Source of the DNA: Chara braunii
Taxonomy: Eukaryota > Plantae > Charophyceae
DNA length: 64,000 nt
Direction of reading: 5' to 3'
Assembly (NCBI GenBank): GCA_003427395.1
Contig: BFEA01000020.1
Location: 3,121,986-3,185,985 of the forward strand
Of this stretch, positions 38,150 through 48,993 are shown piece after piece (the first letter of the stretch is position 1; each line of letters starts with the position of its first letter). The notes under the pieces were generated by a model. The model did no database searches. It worked only from the letters and a program-made list of their open reading frames with translations, and was not told the DNA's origin. Made by a program: the position numbers and the translations under genes.

Positions 38150-41070
38150 GGGAGGAGGACGGAATGGGCAATTTCAAACCTTCACACATTTCACCAGTTC
38201 AGTCTGTTCTCAATCTTCACTACCGTCGAAGCAAGGAAGGGGGGAAGGATGAAAAAAACAATTTCATGCCTTTACCGATTTCACCACTTCAGTTCCTTCA
38301 CAGCCTTCACTACCGTCCAAGAAACAAGGGGAAAGGACGGAAGGGGCAATTTCAGACCTTCACGAATTTCACCACTTCAGTTTCTTCACATCTTTCACTA
38401 TCGTCTTTGTATGAGAGGGGGGGGGCGATTTCATGCCTTCACCGATTTCGCCACTTCAGTTCCTTCACAGTCTCCACTACCGTCCAAGCAAGAGGGGTGG
38501 AGGATGGAAGGGGGAATTCCATGCCTTCACCGATTTCACCACTTCAGTTCCTTCACAATCTTCACTACCGTCTAAGCAACAAGGGGGGGAACGGAAGGGG
38601 CAATTTCAGGCCTTCACAAATTTCACCACTTCAGTTCATTCACAATCTTCACTACCGTCCAAACAAGGGGGGTGGAAGATGAAAGGGGCAATTTGAGGCC
38701 TTCACGGATTTCACCACTTCAGTTCCTTCATAATCTTCACGATCGTCCAAACAACAGAGGGGGGGGAAGGGACGGAAGGGACAATTTCATGCCTTCACAA
38801 ATTTTGCCACTTAAGTTCGTTCACAATTTTCACTACCGTCCAAGCAAGGGGGGTGGATGACGGAATGGGAAATTTCAGGTCTTCACAAATTTCACCACTT
38901 CAGTTCATTCACAATCTTCACTACCGTCAAAGCAAGCGGGGTGAAGGATAGAAGGGGCAATTTTATGCCTTCACCGATTTCACCACTTCAGTTCCTTCTC
39001 AACTTTCATTATCGTCTATGTAGGAGGGGGGGGGGNNNNNNNNNNNNNNNNNNNNNNNNNTTCATGCCTTCACCGATTTCACCACTCCAGTTCCTTCACA
39101 ACCTTCACTACTGTCTAAGCAATAGGGAGGAAGAACGGAAGGGGCAATTTCAGGTCTTTACAAATTTTACCACTTCAGTTCGTTCACAATCTTCACTACC
39201 GTTCAAGCCAGGGGGGTGGAGGATGGAAGGGAATATTTCAGGCCTTCACAAATTTCACCACTTCAGTTCATTCACAGTCTTCACCACCGCCCAAGCAAGG
39301 GGGGTGGAGGATGGAAGGGGCAATTTCATGCCTTCACTGATTTCACCACTTCAGTTCCTTCACAACCTTCACCACCGTTCAAGCAAAGTGGTGAAATTCG
39401 TGAAGGTCAGAAATTTGTGAAGGCCTGAAATTACCCTTTCCGTCCTCCCCCCCACTTGCTTGGACAGTAGTGAAGGTTGTGAATGAACTGAAGCGGTGAA
39501 ATCAATGAAGGCATGAAATTGCCCCTTCCTTCCTCCTCCTGTTGCTTGGACGGTAGTGAAGGTTGTGGAGGAACAGAAGTGGTGAAATCCGTGAAGGCCT
39601 GAAATTACCCCTTTCATCCTTCACCCCCCTTGTTTGGACGGTAGTGAAGATTGTGAATGACTTGAAGTGGTGAAATTTGTGAAGGCCTGAAATTGCCCCT
39701 TCCATCCCCCCCCCTTTTGCTTAGAACGTAGTGAAGGTTGAGAAGGAACTGAAGTGGTAAAATCGGTGAAGGCATGAAATTGGCCCTTCCGTCCACCCCC
39801 CCTCTATTACTTGGATGATAGTGAAGGTTGTGAAGGAACTGAAGTGGTGAAATCCGTGGAGGCCTGAAATTGCCCCTTCCATCCTCCACCCCCTTGCTTG
39901 GACGGTAGTGAAGATTGTGAATGAACTGAAGTGATGAAATTTTTGAAGGTCCGAAATTGCCCTTTCCGTCCCCCTCCCCTGTTGCTCAAACGGTAGTAAA
40001 AGTTGTGAAGAAACTGAAGTGGTGAAATCAGTGAAGGTATGAAATTGTTTCTTCCATCCTCCACCCCCCTTGCTTGGACGGTAGTGAAGACTGTGAATGA
40101 ACTGAAGTGGTGAAATTTGTGAAGGCGTGAAATGTTCTCTTTCATCCTCCACCCCCTTGCTTGGACGGTAGTGAAGATTGTGAACGAACTGAAGTGGTGA
40201 AACTTATGAAGGCCTGAAATTGCCCCTCTGTCCTTCCCCCCTGTTGCTTGGACAATGGTGAAGGTTGTGAAGAAACTGAAGTGGTGAAATCGGTGAAGGC
40301 ATGAATTTGTCCCCCCCCTCTTCCCTCCTGCATGGACGATAGTGAAAGATGTAAAGGAACTGTAGTGGTGAAATCGGTGAAGGCATGAAATTGTTCGTTT
40401 CATCCTTCATTTCCCTTGCTTGGACGGTAGTGAAGATTGTGAACGAACTGAAGTGGTGAAATTTGTGAAGGCTTGAAATTGCCCCTTCCAGACTTCACCC
40501 CCTTTGCTTGGACGGTAGTGAAGATTGTAAACACACTGAAGTGGTGAAAGTAGTGAAGGTCTGAAATAGCCCCTCGCCTCTCCTTTCTCTTGGTTTGGAC
40601 GATGGTGAAATATGTGAAAGTACTGAAGTGGTGAAATTAGTGAAGGTCTGAAATTGCGCCTCGGACCTTCTTTCTCTTGGATTGCACGATGGTGAAAGAT
40701 GTGAACGTACTGAAGTGGTGAAAATAGTGAAGGTCTGTAATTGTCCCTCGGACTTCCTTTCTCTTGGTTTGTACGATGGTGAAAGATGTGAACGTACTGA
40801 AGTGGTGAAAGTAGTGAAGGCCTGTAAGTTGCCTCGCCTAGGTGAAATTAGTGAAGTCTTGAAATTGCCCCCTCCTTCCTCTCGAGACCCTGAAAGTTGT
40901 GAAAAATGTAAAGTGGTGAAATTGGTGTAGGTCCCTCCCCAAAATTGCCTCGTCTAGGTGAAATTAGTGAAGTCCTGAAATTGCCCCCTTCCTCCCCTTG
41001 AGACCCTGAAAGCTGTGAAAAAAGTGAAGTGGTGAAATTAGTGTAGGTCCCTCTCCTAAAATGCCTCGCC
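38150..41070. repeat. ~88-bp satellite with an internal orientation switch at ~39386
   Basis: GGGGCAATTTCAGGCCTTCACAAATTTCACCACTTCAGTTCATTCACAATCTTCACTACCGTCCAAGCAAGGGGG on + from 38150 to 39385, reverse complement from 39386 to 41070. Confidence 0.95.
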
Positions 41071-41250
41071 TAGATGCATTTAAACTACTGAACAACACAA
41101 CCTCACAACCCCCATTCATTATTGCAGCTTCCTTTTTCATCATGAAGAACACATCCCCCACCCTGAATTCAGGCCAAACAAAACACAACAAAATTCTCAC
41201 TTCACATTTTTCATCCTTGAAATTTCAGGTAGGTGATAACCACTTGTGCG

Positions 41251-44200
41251 ATGCATCTGCGTTCCACAAGCCTCCCGCGTCTCACATTGTCACCACGTTC
41301 AGCCGCGGCAAGTCCTGTACCCACCGTAGCGTCCTGTTTGACTTAATAAAGCAAAACCAAGGAGACACGTACGATCCGTCGGAATAGCTAGGAACCTGAG
41401 TACGCATCTTGCCATGTAGATAATCCACCACCATCTTCTCCTCATAAGGATTCGGATATCGCGCGCCCCTTAGATTCCACGGCTCGTGTGGGACCGTGTG
41501 GATCCGAATCATCGGAATTTTGTCCACATCCAGCCTCCCATGTTGATCATCATTAAAGGCGTATGCGCGATGCCTCTTCTGCATCAATCCCACCATGAAG
41601 GCCTTCTCTTGGGGTGAAAGGAAACCCGGTTCTCCAACTATCAACTTCCCTTCATGCTCATCGTTGATATGGCATGAACCATTCCACACCTGTTCTCACA
41701 TACGCCGTATCAATCCTCGTTCCCGCTCGTAGTATGCCTCCTCGTCTTCAGTAACGAGTACGGGAACTGAATGTCACTTTTTATCTACCGTCTTGTACCG
41801 CCTTTGGGAGCCCTGCTTAAGCCGTCCACTAAAAAAAGCCGGCTTGTTGTTTGTGCTTGCGCCATCGCAGAACCTCCTCTTCCACCGGGGAGTCGATAGA
41901 TCAATTTCACTTTCCCTACCTGAGGATCTTCTATGATTTGCTCCCTAAGTGCCTTGATTGCCTCCGGATCCGCCATTTCATGTGCCGCGACTATCTCCAT
42001 TGCCTTGTTTACGTCTGTGAGGCTTAGCGACAACACCTCTATTCCTCCTTCCTCCTCGGACTCTTCCCAAAGCCTCCGCCGCTCATTCTCCGATTCCTCA
42101 AGGGTGAATGAGCCGGGATTAGGCCTATTCCTCTCGCTCCCTGGACCTGTGTTCCGGCAGGTGATAACTTCATAGTTCCCACACGCCGGATCACTCATGT
42201 GCAGTATCATCATTCCATCGTGCTTATTGAAGATCAAAGTCTCCGTCCTGCACAGGAACGATCTTCCCGGGAGGATAGGGTGATCCACGTCCGGCATGAC
42301 GAAGAAGCAAGTTCTCACCCGTACCTTACCAATTTCCATGATCACATTGGATGCCGTACCACAAAAAATTGCCTTGCAGTTAACTCCATGCAGTACACCA
42401 TGGTCCGCGCGATCAATCTCCAATCCCAGCATAAGGGCATCCCTTTCCCTGATAATATTCATCTCAGCACATGTGTCCACCATTGCAACACACTTCTTCT
42501 CTTTGACCACTAAATCCACCAACTCGCATGTCGCGCACTTCCAGTCCATCCTTGTTTCGGCTTCAGTCCATCCTACCTCCCTTTGTAGGATCGTACTCAG
42601 ATGGATGTTGGGCACTAACCTCCGGGATAACCGTCCCTTCAAACCATCTCGGAGTCTCGGGGCGGACGCCAGGATATCCTTCCGGTTCATGAGGTCGTTA
42701 TGACCTTCAAGGAGCCTTTCCACCATTCTTTCTACATCAAAGCCTTCTTCTAGCCTGACTGCATACTTCTTTTTCTTAGGTACGCTTTCATGCTGGCTTG
42801 GCTCGGCTTCCTCCTGGATCCCTCTATTCTTAGCCCTTAATTCCGTTCGCCGATCCTCCTCCTGTCGGAGTCTCTCGTCCTCCGCGTCATCATCCTCCTC
42901 TTCCTCGGAACCTCCACCACTTATTTCCTACGCTCGGGCTCAGGTCCCTTTCGAAGAGGTGCCTGACTCGGCGCTTGACTAGTGCCAGCCTTACTTTGGC
43001 TCCTGGTTTGCGCCACCTGTGGTGCCCGCCCATGCGAGGTGGGTGGCCTGAACGTCATCCCCGACCTAGGGCCCGACCCTACCGTCGCGACCCCAAAATA
43101 ACCTTGCTACCCTGATGCTGATCCAGACCCAGATTCGTAAAGGAAGACTCTAGGGAGGTTGGCCTTCCATGCCTGGGCCTCCTCACACAACTCCTTTAGC
43201 CTTTGCTGGTACCTCCCCACCTTTCTCAGCAGGTCCTCCATTTTCTCCAGGATTGTCGTGACCGACTCTTCTACCTCCCCTTAGTCCTCGTCATCCGACT
43301 CAACGATTATTGATTCTTCCTTTATTGTCCCAACCTTTAATCGCTGGTTTACCTCCTCATCCTCCCCCACGATCTCTTCGACTCTCATGGGCGGGTCCTG
43401 TCTTTCTTGCCATAACCTAAACATCGCCGGGGGCGCCGACCCTGCCGTTGCTCGCCTAATGGCTTCCTGTCTGACTCCACTTGGAGTCTTTGGGTCGATA
43501 TACTTCTCAAATTTATCATATATGTCCCCATCCATGTTTGTGGAGATTAAACCAGAGAGCTCATCGCCCCGCCGCTGCTGGCAAAATCATATAGTGTGGC
43601 CCGTATTACCACAATACCAACACAAAGCATTTCGCCAATCAAAACAGGGCCGCCTGTACCCTTGGCCCCCTTCCTGGCTGCCTTGGCCACCTTGATTTAG
43701 CCCTCCTTGGCCATTCCATCCACCACCACGTCCTCTGTCGTTCCTTCCTTGGCTGCCACCTCCTCGACCTCCCTGTCCTCGACCACCATTGCCTTGCCAA
43801 CCTTGTCCTTGACCTCCTCCTCCTGCCACGCTAGCCTGCGAAGCTTGCTGCGAGGTGGGAGGCTGGGCCGTGAACTGACCTTGGGTCGCCGGAAAACTTG
43901 GTGACCCTGCACTCGCCAATGGGCCCGAATATGGGACCACCTGTCCTAAGGGAGCTTGGCCTCCTCCACACGAGTTGTAGTGATTACATCCAAGCCAAGG
44001 TGCCATTTGACAACAAGGTATCCAATGTCCACATGATGATGGCGGCCTCATTCGCGAAGGCCCTGTCGACACATGTGCAGTTGTGTCGGCGGCCGATGGC
44101 GCAACAATTGCCTATGGGATCTGTCCCTTTCCAGAGCCTTGTCCTCCGAGCAGCAAGTTACGCTGCTTGCGCTGGGCTTTGGTGAGAACTTGGAACCCCG

Positions 44201-44996
44201 TCTCCTCCTCACCGTAGTCTTCTTGCTTGGTCTCTTCGTCCCCTACCTCCTTTCCCCGACTTTGGACTACGGTTACCACCTTTCTCTGTACCTCAGCGTC
44301 ATTGCCATAGCCTAGCTCCGCAAGCACGTCCGTGACAATCCTTTTCACTCCCGGGGTTCCAGATGCAGAAGCGTCCCTCTCCTTTTTCTTCCTCCTCTGC
44401 AAGCGCATCTGACACTGCTCTACCTGGTCCAGACTCTCATCTTCTACTCCCTTATCAATGGTGGCCCAGGTGAGTTTTGCACTACCCCCTCCATGGCTCG
44501 TCAATTCTGCAGCCTCTGAAGCAGTGAGCAACCCCCAAAAAATGGTGCACTGCGCTTCTTCTGAGATCCCATGAACCTTCCTTGCCTTTTTCTTAAATTC
44601 TTGAAAAAACGTCCCTACCGTAGTGAAGTCGTCCTTGTTCATGGCTTCGAGATCTGCGGTGGTCAGCAACCCATCGCCCAGCCTATACTTGCGCTGCATG
44701 CCATCTCTAAACCTCGCCCAACTGTCATTGGCCGTATTTATGACCTTCTCGACTTCTTGATGATGACCATGAAGTACGTACTTCAGAATGCGCTGAAATT
44801 TTATCGCATCTGACAACCCCACCAACGCTTGCTCCACCAAATCCAACCAATCTGAAACCCTTTCTCCGCTGAAGTGGAAGGCATCAACCTTCAGGATATT
44901 GCTTGGCGTTTTCTCATGTCTATCAATGGCTGCAATGAGGTCCTCAAGTGTCAGGACCTTTCTTGTACCATCCACTAAGCCACCAGACTCCGGCAT
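41251..44996 (-). pseudogene. gag-pol: gag-pro-RT(N-terminal) polyprotein of element B, with stops and frameshifts
   Basis: Gag FHFSGERVSDWLDLVE; RGG/Q-rich region; CWYCGNTGHTI*FC knuckle; protease AMVDTCAEMNII...ILPGRSFL; RT IHTVPHEPW...SPWFCFIKSNRTLRWVQDL; homology ends near 41251. Confidence 0.93.
41830..41836 (-). promoter_or_regulatory. Predicted -1 frameshift heptamer T_TTT_TTA between protease and RT
   Basis: The protease frame reads CTT TTT TTA and stops 15 codons later; the -1 frame reads FSGRLKQGSQRRYKTVDKK towards RT. Confidence 0.65.
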
Positions 44997-45311
44997 CTTG
45001 ACCGACGCCTCTTGTCAACTTCCTGTTAAGAGAAAGGCAAAATACTCACCTATTCAGCACCATTCTCTGTAAAGATTTATGTCGTATACCCTACCTAGTT
45101 TCCCCACGATGTCTACCTAACTAGGTATGGCTGCTCCTCATAGCTTTTCTAGGTTAGGCAGGTAACCAACCAACATAGGGGATGCTAAGTTTTTCTTATT
45201 TGTACTCAATATACAGACCAACCCAGACTCTCATTTTCTTCCTATGCCTATTTCCTTTTCAGTCTCATACCCGGATGTCGTTCCACCAGGGACAACGGTA
45301 GGCTTCCGTTA

Positions 45312-45329
45312 TCCCCGGCAACGGCGCCA
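45312..45329 (-). promoter_or_regulatory. Primer-binding site (tRNA-Asp type, as in Athila-like Gypsy elements)
   Basis: Minus strand TGGCGCCGTTGCCGGGGA, 2 nt after the LTR end ...CGCTCGACA. Confidence 0.88.
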
Positions 45330-47584
45330 CCTGTCGAGCGCATCCCTCCGACACGGCAAAGGGCAGCGAGGGACCCTTTCGGCCGCGTCACTCAGGAGTT
45401 TGTCTATTTCCTCGTTGCGAATATACACATAGAGCTTCCATAAGCCGCTCTGGCCGAGTGCGCCAGCCATACCTCNCGCGAGCCCCTACGACAGGATAGG
45501 GCCTACGCGAGGCACAACTTGCCTCCACCTTACGGGAGTTGTCACCTCCCTTCGGTGGGCGTATCCCCGCCGAGCTACCAGTCCACATTACGAAAGCTAA
45601 TCAATTGCAATCGCAGAGGTGGACCAGCCGATGACGTTTCTCGTTCGCTGTAGCATAGGGGGTACGAGTGGTATTACGCCTCTATCGAACCCGTACGAGA
45701 ACCGACATCTTGGGGGCTAAGGTCCCAAGCGCGACTCGTCGTCGGTCGACTAGGACGTATCCCACTCACCATGCGTACACCACACTACGAAAAAAAAATA
45801 AAACACACACACACACATACATCAAACAATGCGACAACACTCCTAGTCCCTTAGTAGCCATCCCATAACTCTACGATGCTTAAATCAGATAGGTGTCACG
45901 CGCGAGACTTAGTATAAGATCGCGTGGACGCAGGACTAACTCATATCGATTCGCAACGTAAGCGTACACAAGCGGTCGCAATGATGGTGTACTATATAGT
46001 ACCCATACTTATGCGGTCCTCGTTAATCTCGAGGGTCGCATTCAACACTCAAGTGTCGGCTGACACGCGCCTTGAGGGTTAATCTCTCGACACTGGACAA
46101 CCTCCAAGTGCGGTTGAAAACCACACCCTCTTCTACACCCTGCGGAGAGTGGGTGGTACACAGGTTCATACCAGTGGTGGAAATCGTGTCTTATGGCCCT
46201 GGAGACCAACTCCTTCCCCTAGGGCCTGGAAACGAGTCAAGGGGTTTGACTTTGACGGTTACCACGGACTACAACGTGCAGCTATGACAACTCCGAAAAA
46301 CAAAAATACGTCGAAGGCCTCCCTATCCCAAAATCACAACCTTGGGTAACCTTTTCGGTTGGCACCAACGACCTATACTGACTCTGGACACACATGTACA
46401 CATACGAATCACTTGATCTCATAACTCTAAACACTAGGACGGGAGAACATCGTGCGCAAGACTTTGATATAAAGTTGTGCGGTTGCAAGCCCTTCCTACA
46501 TCAACTGGCGATGCTAGTCATACGCTGCAATCGCAGTTTCGGCCTCGCGATATTGAATGGCTGAAGGAATATATCGTGAGGGGTTACCCTTCACGATATT
46601 GAACGGCCGAAGGACATGTCGTTCAGACCTCGCAATATTTCTGGCCTCAGGGTTGGGTGTCTCGACGGGCAGGGCACTTAGGTCCTGTGTGGAGGGGTAG
46701 TCCCTCCTTGCAGGGCTAAGCCATGGGGCGTCCTAGACAAGGACCTCGAATTTCAGGCCCAGGACTAAATGTCCGACTATATCAACTCAAAATGCAAAAG
46801 GAGTCTCGCTTTTTCTCTCGAAGTCAGAGGCCGGTAGGCCCCTACGTGTAGCCATAAATAGGCGGCGCCGTCACTCATAATATGTATAAATATGGGGTTG
46901 TTTATATGGGACGATCGTTTCTCATAGTCACAGTGGGGCCCCTTGTAACCATACTTGTATGTTGTCGCAGGCAGTTACATCCAAACATCCAACTCACCAC
47001 ACATATCTGCAATCACATGAAAAATCCCACGAAGGATTTCACACGCTACACGGGGTTAACTTCAACCCATCTCTGTACTCACACCCTTTGCTTTAACCAA
47101 TCAAGCCTCACTCTTGTGCAACTCCTCAAAATAAAATACTCAGTACTTTTCTTTAAATGGTCATTCAAGTAAAGTCCGGGCGAAAACATAACAAAACAGT
47201 TCAAATCACAAGGCTAAAACCTTTAGGTTGAGTGACAAGAGTGGATTGGAGTTGAGTAAAACGACGAATCGGTAACCAACATGTTATCAGTGATAACAGA
47301 AGGTGATCCTCAAGGGATCAACCTGGATCTAGTCCAAGTCCTGAACCCAATCGATTCAGTTGGCCTGTAACACAAGACAGGTCAACGCTCAAGACAAAAC
47401 TTATAAGTTCATGGAGAATAATCTCCACATCACCATCTCACTCAATTCATCTTATTTAAGTAGGCCTAAGTCTACCTCTAGGCAAGTGCCGAAAGAAAGG
47501 TAGAATCATGACAGAATCTTCCCTATCCAGGGTGGATTACCAGAATCGCCACCTATCAAAATATAATATAACTCCCCTTAAACT

Positions 47585-47890
47585 AAGAAAATTCCGGCAG
47601 CGCTTGCCGTAGGAAAAATGTATGTTCAGAATCTATATCAGCCTGAATATGAAAATAGAAATAGTCTTTGACTTTTTTAAGTCAAATTTTGTTGAACTTC
47701 CTTATTTAGCAAAAATTTGGCAGCACTCCCTTTAGAAAAGGAGACTTTCCAGATTTTTACTAAGCCATGTATGAAATTTAGACAAGTTGAACCTTGAAAA
47801 AACGAAATTTGACTAACTCTCTAGCTTTGCAGAAATTTCGGCAGCGCTTCCGTAGGGAAAGTGGCTTACCAAAATGTATACGAGCCCAAG
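47585..47890 (+). repeat. Three diverged ~122-bp tandem units
   Basis: AAATT..GGCAGC.CT..C.TAG.AAA at ~47589, 47712, 47833. Confidence 0.65.
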
Positions 47891-48173
47891 TATAATAAAT
47901 AATATCAGAAAATACAAAAATTGGTCTAAGTAAAAAACTAACTCAGAAAATGCAGAAATTGAAACTAACTCTTATTGCTCTAGCACGTGGCGAGTCACTA
48001 AAGCAACTACCTATCAACCTGAAACTCAAACTAAGTAGTAATCTCCCCCAGCCACATGCAGGCTAAACCACAAAGGTCAGTACTCTCACAATTCTCAAGG
48101 TTAGAACTTGTCAAACAATAGTTCATAGTCTTTCATTGATTTAACCCCTTATACCCTGCTTACATAGGGCACT

Positions 48174-48993
48174 GAGCTTGGTCATTCGTCTTAGAAATAA
48201 TGCTAACTCTCTGCCTTACTTATACACGAACAGGTTGCACAACTACTTCTCTCTTCATTGGGCACACGACTAAGCCATTCGTCTTAGAAACGATGCTTAG
48301 TCGCCTTGATTTGTTTAAATAGTCAAGTTATATATCTCTCTCCGAACTTAATCTTCAAAAGTGAGCGTAAGACTGAGCCATTCGTCTTAGAAACAATGGT
48401 CCGCCGGACCAAGTTACCTTCAGTTATAGCTCTTAGTTATACTCTCTTGATTTGTGGTAAGGCTATAGTCAGACCATTCATCTTAGAAACAATGTCTGGC
48501 TAGCCTTGTTCTCATAAACATACAGATATAGAGTTATAAAAAAATCTTATTTTTTTGTTCTCATTATAATCCTGTGGCCTCAAACTTAGACCATTCATCT
48601 TAGAAACAATGCCTAGTCTTTGACCTTAACCTCCGTCTGAATTAAACAATCAAAAGAATTGAGCCATTCATCTTAGAAATAATGCTCAACCTATTTTCTC
48701 AGCAAAAAAAAAAAACAGATTACTCTGGGTCAAAAATCCAGAGACTGTTCAGAAACCACCCAAAATAAACAGTGACCAGACCATTCATCTTAGAAACAAT
48801 GTCCGATCCTCAAATTTTGCACAGTCAATACCCCAAAGAAACAACAACCAGACCATTCATCTTAGAAACAATGCCTGGTTAAATTAAATAAACACAGCGA
48901 CCAAGCCATTCATCTTAGAAATAATGCTTGGTCCTTCAGAAAATAGAACAAAACATAGCAGTCAGACCATTCATCTTAGAAAGAATGCCTGAC
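48174..48993 (-). ncRNA. Array of 10 predicted RNA hairpins with conserved 20-nt core, variable covarying stems and unrelated spacers
   Basis: Core CATTC(A/G)TCTTAGAAA(C/T)AATG at 48183, 48276, 48379, 48475, 48592, 48665, 48782, 48854, 48907, 48968; flanking arms differ per copy but are mostly self-complementary. Confidence 0.8.

Noticed and set aside
48174-48993. True CRISPR array
   Set aside because: Eukaryotic LTR context, no cas genes, spacer lengths vary widely and repeat arms vary per copy; kept as a hairpin array.
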